The translations under genes were made by a program, and so were the position numbers. A stretch of 64,000 nucleotides of DNA from a virus (taxonomy: Duplodnaviria; Heunggongvirae; Uroviricota; Caudoviricetes), in IMG/VR virus record IMGVR_UViG_3300042561_002062, positions 21,525-85,524 of that record; one strand, written 5' to 3'. Under the pieces are notes generated by a model, which was given only the letters and a program-made list of their open reading frames with translations, searched no databases and had not been told where the DNA came from. Each line of letters opens with the position of its first letter. Positions within the stretch are counted from its first letter, which is position 1. This document shows positions 10,301-20,000 of the stretch, piece after piece.

Positions 10301-11179
10301 TTATCTTTTAAGGTCTAGAGTTATTTTGTCACCAGCTACTTGAGCTACATCTCCTTTACCTGATTGGTTGGAAATTTTGTTCAAATGAGCTTTGATTGAT
10401 TCTCTTTCTTTAGTATCACTTCCTGCACTAGTTAAACCATCAGTTATTGTGCTGTTTAGGAAGTCTTGTAATCCACCCTCAATATTATCATCCAAGTCTA
10501 GAATATCAGAGTAATTTTGAAGTCCTTTGATACATTGAACTATCAAACCTTCATCTGGATTTATATTCATACCTTTAGCTTTTCTCAGTGAATTAGCTAA
10601 TTGATTTATAGTTTCTGTAGAGAGTCCATTTATAAGGAACTCGTTAACTTGTATTCTTCCATATCTTTCCCACCAATTTGGTTCTTTTTTGGTTGTATCT
10701 ATCCAATTTAAATCTGTTGTTGATGGTTTGTATTTTTGGTCATCAACAATCAACATAAGAGCTTTATCTTGTCTCAAATTACCACCAGCAGCAGTTTCAT
10801 TAAGTGTTTCAATAAGTAAATCTCTCATAGACTTCAATCTTCCCTCTGCTACTTGACGGTTGATGGTGCCACCACCTGTATGTGAAGTTCCAACTTCAAT
10901 TAAGAAAATTGGTGGAACTTTATTCGAATTAGAATCACCTAGAAATTTTATAAGTTGCCCGAAATTTTGAAATCTAGCGATCATCTTTTTAAGAGATTCT
11001 TTAAGACTTGTCTTCAAGTTTGCCGTAAGTTCAAATTTTCCTTCGCCGAACATAACGTCAATACCATGACCTTCACCAGTTAAAACTACTTCTTCACCAG
11101 GAACTGGTGCGGTTTCTGCTGATTGCACTTCTTCTTGAGCTTCCTTAATGAATCTCAAATAGTTTTTTATTCTTTTCAT
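10301..11179 (-). CDS. Hypothetical protein with capsid-targeting-like leader
   Basis: Starts MKRIKNYLRFIKE; TAATATATAC upstream. Confidence 0.65.
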   Translation of the reverse strand: MKRIKNYLRFIKEAQEEVQSAETAPVPGEEVVLTGEGHGIDVMFGEGKFELTANLKTSLKESLKKMIARFQNFGQLIKFLGDSNSNKVPPIFLIEVGTSHTGGGTINRQVAEGRLKSMRDLLIETLNETAAGGNLRQDKALMLIVDDQKYKPSTTDLNWIDTTKKEPNWWERYGRIQVNEFLINGLSTETINQLANSLRKAKGMNINPDEGLIVQCIKGLQNYSDILDLDDNIEGGLQDFLNSTITDGLTSAGSDTKERESIKAHLNKISNQSGKGDVAQVAGDKITLDLKR

Positions 11180-11188
11180 ATTATATGT

Positions 11189-11213
11189 TTTTTTTTGTAT
11201 ATATTATTTTTTT
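11189..11213 (-). promoter_or_regulatory. Putative late promoter AAAAAATAATATATACAAAAAAAA
   Basis: Near-identical 24-nt intergenic element repeated at about 13995-14020, each upstream of a leader-bearing gene. Confidence 0.55.
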
Positions 11214-11907
11214 AACTTGTTTTTTCTACTTTAGTAGGTGATATAGGTTTCAATGTGATAAAATCATCTAACTTTTCTCTTTTCTGCACTCCGTGTGGTG
11301 GTATGTGATCTCCTAATTTTTTTGATAAAACTTCTGATGTTATAGGACCATAAACACCATCGGAAGGTTTGATGTTGTTGTCCCGTTGAAACTGTATAAT
11401 AGCCCCTAGAGTAGAGCAACCATATTGACCATCTATACCATCTTTATTTGGTCCAAAATTACCGAGTATCTTTTTATATTTCCCACCATCTACTTGTGAA
11501 AGAGCTCTCTGTATTGTTTTTATTGATTCTATATCTTTACCTTGTGGAATATATTTTGATTTTGGAATAACACAATCTGTATCAATTAGTTTTATTGATA
11601 GTTTTTTTGTTGTATTATCGTCATATTTAAGATCCAGAATTACAAGATTATTGGATTTTTGAGAATTAACAAGGGTTCCCATTTTGTTGGTATTCATTTC
11701 TTTGAATCTAGTAACACCCTTATCATTTTTTGTGTAAAAATACCCATCCCAGATATTTTCTATTACAACTTTTATAGCTGTTATTTTTCCACTACGAGTA
11801 GTCCAGGTTTCTATATGCGCTTTTTGGTTTTCGAGTAGATTAATTAGACCATCATCAAAATTATGATAATCTTGTGAAAAATATTCAAACAATTTTATGT
11901 ATTTCAT
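11212..11907 (-). CDS. Peptidoglycan-binding domain protein with leader
   Basis: Starts MKYIKLFEYF; IQRAL...DGQYGCSTLGAIIQFQRDNNIKPSDGVYGPIT is a PG_binding_1 pattern. Confidence 0.8.
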   Translation of the reverse strand: MKYIKLFEYFSQDYHNFDDGLINLLENQKAHIETWTTRSGKITAIKVVIENIWDGYFYTKNDKGVTRFKEMNTNKMGTLVNSQKSNNLVILDLKYDDNTTKKLSIKLIDTDCVIPKSKYIPQGKDIESIKTIQRALSQVDGGKYKKILGNFGPNKDGIDGQYGCSTLGAIIQFQRDNNIKPSDGVYGPITSEVLSKKLGDHIPPHGVQKREKLDDFITLKPISPTKVEKTS

Positions 11908-11919
11908 ATAATTATTTTT

Positions 11920-13989
11920 TTATTCTTCTTTACCTACGAGCCACCTAGCGTAAGATTTAATATTTTCTTTTCTCCTTTCTCTTCTCTCCTTTTTATCAGA
12001 TTTATTTTTTTCTTCTTCATCTTTAATTTCTTCTTCTGAATCTTGAGACTCATTTTCTGCAGGTAAAGTTTCTAGATAGCTCTCTAAATAATTCCTAAAA
12101 TCAGGATCTCCAGTTTTTTCATATAAAGCTTCTATCGTCTTTTGATCTAATCTTCCAGAATCTTTAAGGTTATTATTTCTCTGAAATTCAGAAAGTGGCC
12201 AACTATAATCAGCAAATTTCATATTTTCATCTGCCGGCAAATCTATTGATGAGTCTATACTATCTAGAATTTTCCAGACTACTGTATTTATATCAAGTTG
12301 TGAAGGCAGCAAAGAATTTCTGTCTATTTCAGTAGTTCTTACAACTTCTGCTATATCTGATCTCTCTTCACTAGTAAGGTCGCCATAGGTAGGATCATTT
12401 TCATCCATAAGATCTGAACCACTACCCTCTATATTATCCATCATTTCTTCTATTTGTTCATCTGTGAGATTGTCTAATTGTTTAGCATCTTCAATTGTCA
12501 TTTCCTCATCTTGTTCTGATGCATTTTCTTCACTATCCTTAGAATCAAATATTGGACCTAGAAGAAACTTATAGAGCGCGGCGAATGGTTTGAATAGTGC
12601 GGCATTTAGTTTGATAGCATTTTCATGTGTTTTATAAAAAGTTTGAACAAAATCTGATTTATCTATTTCTTTTATAAAACTATTATTAACTTGAGTATCG
12701 ACCCAATATCTTTTATAAGCATCTAGATCCGAACCACTTAATTCCCTACCTCTTAATGCTCCTGAAGGATAAACAGGTTTATCGTATTTACCAGAAGACA
12801 TAGCATCATCAAATTGTTTTTCCCAGAAAGTTTTTAATTCACCACGCATAGCCGAGTTTGTGCCAGGTCCAGAACCTCTACCAACTACAACACGAGCTTT
12901 ATTAGATCCTTTATTGAGATCCATCAAAACAAATTCATCTGAATTCATTTTTACACCCCCTGTTCTAAATAATTTATTACTTCCACCTCTACTAGATTTT
13001 ATTATACCTTTTTCTGATTGTAGTGCTGAAAATTTTTCAAAGAGATTATCAAACAATCCAATTTTTTTAGTTCTTGGAAAACCCGGGAGCCTACGAAGAA
13101 AGGCTTTATATAATCTACCTAATGTATTTTGAGAAACAAATTTTATGACTTTTAAAGGTATTTTTACACCATATTTTACAAAACTAGAACTACTTCCTGC
13201 TATTATTTGTTTCAATTTTCTGAATGGCCAAAGAGCCATGTCCAGCATACGTTTGAAAAAACCTTTAATATTCGACAATACTGTTTTCAAAAAAGGAAAC
13301 TTATCTACACGTTCTTTTAACCAGTCTTCAAATTTTCTCATCCAACTTTTAGAACCACCACTACTTATTTCATCACCTAATTCCTTCTCGACTGTATCGA
13401 AATTCTTTGACACCAAATCTACGAATTTTTTTAGCGATTGATTCTTGGAAAGGTACTCAGATATAACCTTTGCAGAAGCGCCTGAACTTAGCCTTTTCAA
13501 TAATTCTCTGAATGGCTTAGAAATAGCTTTGAACAGGAATTGAATTGGATTCAAAGCAGGATGTGCGAATAATAAAGTTATCATACCAAAGGTAACATAT
13601 TCACTTCTTTTTTCTGGGTCTTCAACAAAATATGATTGAAGAAAATAAACACCCGCATGAAAAATATCAATAGCGGCACCGACGCCGGGATAGATAAAAT
13701 CTCCAACAATACCTCCTACGTCAGCAACAGTATGTAAAATATTTTCCAAAGACCAATCACCATCCGATGTTGTTCCAGTAGCGGTTTTGAGACCATTCCA
13801 GAAACTACCTAATCCACCAGACAAATCATCCCAAGCTTCCCCTGCCCAACTCAAAACTGATTCGTTAATATCTTCAAATTGATATCTATTTTCCAGATAT
13901 TTGAGAGATGAAATGTTTTCTCTATAAGATGTTTGATTCTCAAAGATGTATCCTTCTCTAAACTGATCAAATCTTAAAATATTACTCAT
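11920..13989 (-). CDS. Large leader-bearing protein with hydrophobic Gly-rich hairpin and C-terminal PG-binding-like motif
   Basis: Starts MSNILRFDQFRE; VGGIVGDFIYPGVGAAIDIFHAGVY; FQRNNNLKDSGRLDQKTIEAL. Confidence 0.6.
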   Translation of the reverse strand: MSNILRFDQFREGYIFENQTSYRENISSLKYLENRYQFEDINESVLSWAGEAWDDLSGGLGSFWNGLKTATGTTSDGDWSLENILHTVADVGGIVGDFIYPGVGAAIDIFHAGVYFLQSYFVEDPEKRSEYVTFGMITLLFAHPALNPIQFLFKAISKPFRELLKRLSSGASAKVISEYLSKNQSLKKFVDLVSKNFDTVEKELGDEISSGGSKSWMRKFEDWLKERVDKFPFLKTVLSNIKGFFKRMLDMALWPFRKLKQIIAGSSSSFVKYGVKIPLKVIKFVSQNTLGRLYKAFLRRLPGFPRTKKIGLFDNLFEKFSALQSEKGIIKSSRGGSNKLFRTGGVKMNSDEFVLMDLNKGSNKARVVVGRGSGPGTNSAMRGELKTFWEKQFDDAMSSGKYDKPVYPSGALRGRELSGSDLDAYKRYWVDTQVNNSFIKEIDKSDFVQTFYKTHENAIKLNAALFKPFAALYKFLLGPIFDSKDSEENASEQDEEMTIEDAKQLDNLTDEQIEEMMDNIEGSGSDLMDENDPTYGDLTSEERSDIAEVVRTTEIDRNSLLPSQLDINTVVWKILDSIDSSIDLPADENMKFADYSWPLSEFQRNNNLKDSGRLDQKTIEALYEKTGDPDFRNYLESYLETLPAENESQDSEEEIKDEEEKNKSDKKERRERRKENIKSYARWLVGKEE

Positions 13990-13994
13990 AAAAG

Positions 13995-14020
13995 TTTTTT
14001 TTTTGTATATATTATTTTTT
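13995..14020 (-). promoter_or_regulatory. Putative late promoter (second copy of the 24-nt element)
   Basis: gtatatatta at 14005-14014 with same flanks as 11197-11206. Confidence 0.55.
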
Positions 14021-14352
14021 CAATCTAACAATCCTTCAACTGCTATCAGATAGGCGTCTTCGTAGGTTGGGGCAATACCGTCTGAGCTTGCAAAAATGAA
14101 TTGTGGATGTCCATCTTCTCCTCTTAGAAAATATTCAATTGTTACTTGAATTTGACCTCTATTATTTTTGAATGATTTTATCTGACAATCTCTACTCATT
14201 AAGTAGTCTTCTTCATAGACAAGTAACTTATTTTCTCTATCAAATTTTCTAAAATCTGATTTAGTTCCTATACCTCTTGTTTTCGTATATTTTTCTTCGA
14301 AATCGCGCTGTGTAATATCTTCGTTGGTTGTGAATGGTTTGATGTGTTTCAT
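14020..14352 (-). CDS. Hypothetical protein with leader
   Basis: Starts MKHIKPFTTNE. Confidence 0.6.
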   Translation of the reverse strand: MKHIKPFTTNEDITQRDFEEKYTKTRGIGTKSDFRKFDRENKLLVYEEDYLMSRDCQIKSFKNNRGQIQVTIEYFLRGEDGHPQFIFASSDGIAPTYEDAYLIAVEGLLD

Positions 14353-14355
14353 AGT

Positions 14356-15168
14356 TTAATAAAATGACATTTTTCTAAGGTCGTTAAATGTTGTAAGAAG
14401 GTAACTAACTTCCTTTTTTGTTGATTTGAATAAAATATCAACGATGTAGCAGGTATAATGAGGTGTTGTGGGTGTTATCGGCACAATATTTCTAGTTGTT
14501 ATGTTTATCGGGGCCGATATCTTATAAATAGTAATGGTTTTACTTGAAGTAGTCCAATATTTGGAACCCTGGTTTCCGGGCAAACTATTAGGCCCCTTCA
14601 AACTGGGTGTTTCCTCTGAATACATTCTATCACTTATAATTCTAGTCATATGTGAGAGTTCATTTTCAATCATAGGTATAACTCTGGAAGCATATAAAAT
14701 CTCTTGTCTTTTTTCTTTTGAGATAATAAATTTATTCGAGGCATTGTTGTAAAATTCTGATTCCCAGTCTCCTTCCTCTTCTTGTGTGGATGAAGAAGGA
14801 TACGAAGGTGTTGTTGGTTTTGCTGTTTGCCAGGCGGTCGATGATGGTGAGTTCTTAGCGGTCGATGCTGCTGGATAGGTATAAGACCCCGGATTATAAC
14901 TATAAGAATAGGTTCTTGGGCTAAATTTAGCTAAAAGATAAAAAACATTCTTATCTTCTCGAATAGAAACTTTACAATCGTGATTTCTTAGAGAGCCAAA
15001 GCACATATCATCTAGAACCTTGAAAGTTTTTTCTAAATATTCAACATTCTCTTCTTCAAGAAAATAGATTTGTATCCACCATTCTTTATCAATAGCAATC
15101 ACATCGAATTCTTCTATATTAGCTCTTTCGAGATCTAATTTTATTTTATCTTCTATTTCTGTAGTCAT
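14356..15168 (-). CDS. Hypothetical protein with S/T/P-rich linker
   Basis: 270 aa ORF in operon; low-complexity centre. Confidence 0.6.
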   Translation of the reverse strand: MTTEIEDKIKLDLERANIEEFDVIAIDKEWWIQIYFLEEENVEYLEKTFKVLDDMCFGSLRNHDCKVSIREDKNVFYLLAKFSPRTYSYSYNPGSYTYPAASTAKNSPSSTAWQTAKPTTPSYPSSSTQEEEGDWESEFYNNASNKFIISKEKRQEILYASRVIPMIENELSHMTRIISDRMYSEETPSLKGPNSLPGNQGSKYWTTSSKTITIYKISAPINITTRNIVPITPTTPHYTCYIVDILFKSTKKEVSYLLTTFNDLRKMSFY

Positions 15169-15184
15169 TTATAGTCTCTTTTCA

Positions 15185-15946
15185 TTATTTTTTTAATAAC
15201 TCCATAGCTTCTTTGTCTTTCTTTCTTATTTGGTTGAGAACATATAAAATTTTTGTGTATCTCACTTTTCCATCATCACCCTTAATTTCTTCACCACCTA
15301 ATATTTTGTATAGATTATCAACTTGACTTGGATAAATTAGTTTTAATACTTCTTTATTTTTATAATCTTTGAAAGTATTGACAAAACTCCAATCTTCTTC
15401 GATTAAATCGACAAATAACTTCATTTTTTTTATCCATTGTTTGGAATATTCGTTAGCCCAATTATTCAATTCAGAATTTCCTGCTTTTTTCCAAGCCTCT
15501 TGTAATATTCCTGGTCTTTGAGTTACATCTTGAATACATCTATCTAGAAGTGTAACATAATCCATAGACGAATAAACGATAGTCTTATAAAAAGATTTAC
15601 AGATCACATCTCCACTTTTACCACCTTCCCATTCATAATCAAATCTCTTCTTCCAATTCATTATACATTCAGAAGTTAAATCATCCCATTCACCATTGGA
15701 TAACCCATTATAACCAGTTACCCTAACTCTATTTCGCATATAGCTCTGTATTTCAGCTATAAGTGCTTCATAAATATTTGAAGATTTAGTTTCGGAACGT
15801 GTAATGGTAAGTTTATCATTATAAGAATTCTCCAATACTCTCCACCAAGAAATATTATCATTAGAGGCGTAATAATATTCTTCCTTAATTGATCTTAGTG
15901 GGGATTTAAGATTTTCGTTTTTGAAATTATTGAAATGTTTTATCAT
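15185..15946 (-). CDS. Hypothetical protein with leader
   Basis: Starts MIKHFNNFKNE. Confidence 0.6.
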   Translation of the reverse strand: MIKHFNNFKNENLKSPLRSIKEEYYYASNDNISWWRVLENSYNDKLTITRSETKSSNIYEALIAEIQSYMRNRVRVTGYNGLSNGEWDDLTSECIMNWKKRFDYEWEGGKSGDVICKSFYKTIVYSSMDYVTLLDRCIQDVTQRPGILQEAWKKAGNSELNNWANEYSKQWIKKMKLFVDLIEEDWSFVNTFKDYKNKEVLKLIYPSQVDNLYKILGGEEIKGDDGKVRYTKILYVLNQIRKKDKEAMELLKK

Positions 15947-17148
15947 ATATGATTAGTGAATTGTTTGAAACTATGAATTTTTTTGGATTCTTTAGTAAGT
16001 TCGTATTTGATCTCGTATCTATATTTTCCGTCTGGTAGCTGGTAAGCTTTTTGGTCAATAATTTTTTTAGTCCTACCATCTATACCATCAAGTTTATTAT
16101 ATTTCTGCATTGCTTTTCTTTGAGCTGCAGCTTGATCTTTTGATGTATCTTCTAAAGTTCCAACAGAAGAATTTTTATCTTCTTTTTTCTCTTGTTGCTG
16201 ACCTGGTTGATTATTTTGATTATCTGCTTTTTCTTTTTCTACATACTTTACTGCTGGTTTATAGATAAGTGCTTGTGCGAATTCTTCAACCTTTTTCAAA
16301 GTTTCGGGAGAGACTTCAACACCTTTCAATTTGAACCTTTTACCAAGTCCAAATAGTCCTCTTTTCTTTAGTTGACCAGCATAATAAAAGTGTAAAAAAT
16401 AACTTAAATGATTATTTTCTTTAAGTGGAACATCTTCTGTGCATTCATTTGACTCTGGAATAAATTTGTAGTAGTGAATTTTATCACCTCTTTTTATTTG
16501 ATTGTCCTTTTGATTTTTCAATGAGGGTGCCCCGGCTTCTAGACCAGCACCTTTAAAATATAATTCCAAAATTCTACTATCATTATCGCTGATAGGCAAT
16601 TTAGACTTAACTACTATATCTACTTTTTTGACGTATTTAGAATTTCTATCATCTCTGTAATTTAGGTAAATATCACCACTCTTCACCATTTCTAAAATAG
16701 TATTATCTACTGATTTTTCATCACCAGAAGAAAACATCTTAGATTCTTCAGTTTTTTGAGCTTGTGCTTTTGGTTTTTCAGATGAAGGTGTTGTTGGTGT
16801 GGTGGTTGTTGGTGTCGTGGTTGTTGGTGCGTTGTTGTTAGTTGCTGGTGTTGCCCCTGCTGTTTTTTCTTGAGCTTTTTCACCTGATTCTTGGCATTCT
16901 TTCCTTTTTGGCGCATCAGAAGTTCTGGCATTGGGAAACTCTTTATCTAATATACAGATAGATTTTTGATATTTTTCTATAAAATCTTCACCTGATATGT
17001 TGTACCATTTTTTTGTTCCTTTTCTTTTAGCGTGCCAATTATCTGAAACTACTTTATATTCGAAAGGGTCACCTGCTCTAGTGTATATTTTAGATTCTTC
17101 AACCTCTTCGTTTATAGATCTCAAGAAATCATTCCATTTACTTATCAT
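15943..17148 (-). CDS. Hypothetical protein with leader and Thr/Pro-rich tract
   Basis: Starts MISKWNDFLRSINEE; APTTTTPTTTTPTTPSS; TAATATATA upstream (17166-17174). Confidence 0.65.
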   Translation of the reverse strand: MISKWNDFLRSINEEVEESKIYTRAGDPFEYKVVSDNWHAKRKGTKKWYNISGEDFIEKYQKSICILDKEFPNARTSDAPKRKECQESGEKAQEKTAGATPATNNNAPTTTTPTTTTPTTPSSEKPKAQAQKTEESKMFSSGDEKSVDNTILEMVKSGDIYLNYRDDRNSKYVKKVDIVVKSKLPISDNDSRILELYFKGAGLEAGAPSLKNQKDNQIKRGDKIHYYKFIPESNECTEDVPLKENNHLSYFLHFYYAGQLKKRGLFGLGKRFKLKGVEVSPETLKKVEEFAQALIYKPAVKYVEKEKADNQNNQPGQQQEKKEDKNSSVGTLEDTSKDQAAAQRKAMQKYNKLDGIDGRTKKIIDQKAYQLPDGKYRYEIKYELTKESKKIHSFKQFTNHI

Positions 17149-17183
17149 ATAGATTTATTTTTTTTTATATATTAAAATTTTTA

Positions 17184-18380
17184 TCAGAAATCTGTATCTA
17201 TTTCGACATCTATTTTGTACTTCTTCGATAAATCTTGTAATCTAAACTCAACAGTATCGTAAAGGTCAAAATTACCCCTCATTTTCTCGATAATTTTACC
17301 CAACAATTCTCTATCTATTCTGTCTATCTGATTTTTGTAATACTGCTTAGCTGATGGATTGGCATAATTATAACCATCGACTTTTGTCTTGAGTGGATCG
17401 AATATATTTTTTTTCATATAGATTCTTTGTGCTTCCAACCAATTGGCAGCTGCGGTGTCGTCATCATTGAGTGTACCTTCAAATGAGCTCCAAACATCTT
17501 TAGAACCATCTTTAAAAAGCCCATCAATTAATAAAACTATATTCTTCAGGGCTACAAATATATCTGATGGGTCTAATTCTTTTACGTCAGCAGCAGCCGC
17601 TTCTTTTGCTTTTTTCCACGCTTCTTTGTCTACGGAGATGTATTTATCTTCACTTGATGGTGGGTCTCCAACACCAAAGTCGGCATCAACATCAATTTCA
17701 TAACTAGTTTCCCCTGTTTTATCTAACCATAGATATCTGTTATCACCACTAAGTGTGGCTTTTCTTAGTTCTGGCCAGACTTCTGTCAATAATTTTATGC
17801 CTACCATTTGATGATTCTTATTTTTGGAATTTCCAGAATCTATTGCACTTTGTATAAATTTTAAATCTTTACCTTTTTCTTTAGCTTGTATTAGTCCGTA
17901 GTTTTCACCATCTATAGTTATTGTAATATGTTTTGATATCTTTTCAGTTACATTACCATACCACCAACTATTTTTATCAAATTGATTTTTTCCGAAAAAA
18001 GCTTCTACGGCCTCTTCTTCTTTATCATGACGTATAAGAAAAGTAAAAATACTTGTCCATGCGCTAACGGCATATGGTCTGAAAAAATATTCGGAACTCG
18101 ATTCGTCATAAGATTTATTTATACTAGAAAAAATCTCATTCAAAATAGTATCCAGACCTTCATTAGAGGGTTCAGTTTTTGTTTCATCACTCTTCTTATT
18201 ATCAGATTTACTGTTTTCTGAACTTGATTGAGTTTCTTTTGTTTCACCAGATACTTCTTTTTCTTCCTCTGCTGCTTTGTCTATCCAATCAGCAGGTTTA
18301 GGATCGAAAGCTGGAATTTCTCCTAAATTTTCACCTTCTATTTCTTCTAAGAAAAGTCTATATTTTGCAAGATATCTCAT
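17184..18380 (-). CDS. Hypothetical protein with leader
   Basis: Starts MRYLAKYRLFLEE. Confidence 0.65.
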   Translation of the reverse strand: MRYLAKYRLFLEEIEGENLGEIPAFDPKPADWIDKAAEEEKEVSGETKETQSSSENSKSDNKKSDETKTEPSNEGLDTILNEIFSSINKSYDESSSEYFFRPYAVSAWTSIFTFLIRHDKEEEAVEAFFGKNQFDKNSWWYGNVTEKISKHITITIDGENYGLIQAKEKGKDLKFIQSAIDSGNSKNKNHQMVGIKLLTEVWPELRKATLSGDNRYLWLDKTGETSYEIDVDADFGVGDPPSSEDKYISVDKEAWKKAKEAAAADVKELDPSDIFVALKNIVLLIDGLFKDGSKDVWSSFEGTLNDDDTAAANWLEAQRIYMKKNIFDPLKTKVDGYNYANPSAKQYYKNQIDRIDRELLGKIIEKMRGNFDLYDTVEFRLQDLSKKYKIDVEIDTDF

Positions 18381-18389
18381 AATTTTTTT

Positions 18390-19070
18390 TTATTTTTTTG
18401 GGATAGTTCCCTTTATTTTATTTCCAGATGGATCTTCTCCCCAACCTTTTGGTTGGCCCTGATAATAATACATACTCGATAAAAATTCTCCATTTTCATA
18501 CCATCTCCAAATTCCTTCTCTTTTTCCAGAATTAATTATACCTTCTTCTGAAATTTTACCTCTAGTATCAAACATACGAACTCGGTATTTATCAGGTTTC
18601 CCATCCTCAAATTCTTTACTCATCTTACGACCATCCCTATAAAAAGTATCTCTACGGATAATAGTTCCATCTTCCCAATCCTCAACTTCTTTCTCAATCG
18701 GTCCAGTTTCAAAAGTTGTTACTACCAATCCATCCAACTTATCATTTACATAATATTTTTTTGTTTGAGATTTATTTTCATAATTCCATTCCTGCCAAAG
18801 TAAAATTTTATTGTTATTTGCATCATATTTTCCCCTTTTTATCGGTAATTTATTGCCTTTAGAATCTACTATTGTTTTATGGTAAGTTGTTTCTACTCTT
18901 GTTTTTTTGTTAAATTCAACTGGATTGCCCTCACTATCTTTAGAATATTCAATATCCGGATTTGTAGTATTTGGGTCATTAGCTTCTGATTCTAGAACTG
19001 ATAATCTGGAGGTAGGTCTAGGTTCTCCAAAAGTTTTGTTCCAAATATACCAATTTGTTAAAAATTTCAT
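18390..19070 (-). CDS. MORN-variant repeat (YwqK-like) protein
   Basis: Repeated G..eG.W..Y.ENG-type units (GKREGIWRWYENGEF, DKLDGLVVTTFETG); likely start ATG 19070. Confidence 0.7.
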   Translation of the reverse strand: MKFLTNWYIWNKTFGEPRPTSRLSVLESEANDPNTTNPDIEYSKDSEGNPVEFNKKTRVETTYHKTIVDSKGNKLPIKRGKYDANNNKILLWQEWNYENKSQTKKYYVNDKLDGLVVTTFETGPIEKEVEDWEDGTIIRRDTFYRDGRKMSKEFEDGKPDKYRVRMFDTRGKISEEGIINSGKREGIWRWYENGEFLSSMYYYQGQPKGWGEDPSGNKIKGTIPKK

Positions 19071-19099
19071 ACAATTGATATATATTAAAAACTTTTTTG

Positions 19100-19108
19100 T
19101 ATATTTGC
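19100..19108 (+). promoter_or_regulatory. Bacteroidota sigma-70 -7 element TATATTTGC
   Basis: Matches TAnnTTTG, 19 nt before hpt start. Confidence 0.6.
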
Positions 19109-19127
19109 TTATAGAAAAAAAGAACCT

Positions 19128-19634
19128 ATGCAAACTCTATTCACCGAATCTGAAATCAAAAGAATAATCAATATTCTCTCTCAAAAGATCAAAGCACAAA
19201 AACATGATAGACCACCAATTATTATTTGTATCTTGAATAGTGCTGTATTTTTCTTTACTGATTTAGTTCGAGAACTTGGTGCTGTTGAGATTGATTTCGT
19301 CAGAGTATCCTATACAGATAAGAAAGATTTGAGTAGTTACTACCTCTCCCTAGCACCCTACGTGGATATAGAAAATAGAGATGTTTACCTAGTTGATGAT
19401 TTGATCAATACCGGTAGAACGATGAATTTTGCTCTATCTGAACTTTTCCAAAAGAATCCAAAGTCACTTACACCAGTTGCTCTTTTTGCAAAATATCCCC
19501 ACAATTTTACAGAGCTTCATCTTGGTCAGCCAATTCAAGATGAAATTATTATGGCTGGTTACGGTGTTGATGGTAGAGATGGAATCGGTAGAAATCTACG
19601 GGATATACACGGAGTGCATATCGAGGTGGATTGA
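19128..19634 (+). CDS. hpt: Hypoxanthine phosphoribosyltransferase-like
   Basis: ICILNSAVFFFTDLVR, VYLVDDLINTGRTM (PRPP motif), AGYGVD. Confidence 0.82.
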   Translation: MQTLFTESEIKRIINILSQKIKAQKHDRPPIIICILNSAVFFFTDLVRELGAVEIDFVRVSYTDKKDLSSYYLSLAPYVDIENRDVYLVDDLINTGRTMNFALSELFQKNPKSLTPVALFAKYPHNFTELHLGQPIQDEIIMAGYGVDGRDGIGRNLRDIHGVHIEVD

Positions 19635-19688
19635 TATTTTGAAAAATGATATATAAGATAGAAACTCTATCAAAAAAATATCATTTTT

Positions 19689-20000
19689 ATGAAATCTATA
19701 CAAAAAACTAAATACTTTTTCGGTTGGGAAAACTGGAAATGGCTTATCAAAGAACTAGTTCATATCTATACAAATAAATCTAGTTTTTTCTCTAAAAAAA
19801 GAATTGAATCCAGTATTGCTTTTATTATTGGTCAGGTTGGTATGTTGTGGTTTTTATACGAACATATCCCCCAGTTAACTATATCAGATATTGTTTTATG
19901 GTCAGGTGTTGAATTTGCGATGGCTGGGTATATTGTAAATCAAATACAGAAAGAGAAAAAAACTGAAACTGTGGAAGAACCAAAACCAGAAGATATTTAA
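19689..20000 (+). CDS. Small two-TM membrane protein (holin candidate)
   Basis: Two hydrophobic segments and charged C-terminus, abuts peptidase gene. Confidence 0.4.
   Translation: MKSIQKTKYFFGWENWKWLIKELVHIYTNKSSFFSKKRIESSIAFIIGQVGMLWFLYEHIPQLTISDIVLWSGVEFAMAGYIVNQIQKEKKTETVEEPKPEDI

Noticed and set aside
12860-13441. Antisense ORFs in the track (also 14534, 17443, 22196, 27638, 30193 and similar)
   Set aside because: Shadows of long opposite-strand genes with no motifs or start signals
16707-16931. Gln/His-rich overlapping ORF
   Set aside because: Alternative frame of the Thr/Pro codon repeat in 15943-17148
18390-19070. Toxin-antitoxin module implied by YwqK-like repeats
   Set aside because: No adjacent recognisable toxin; MORN-type repeats are generic scaffolds
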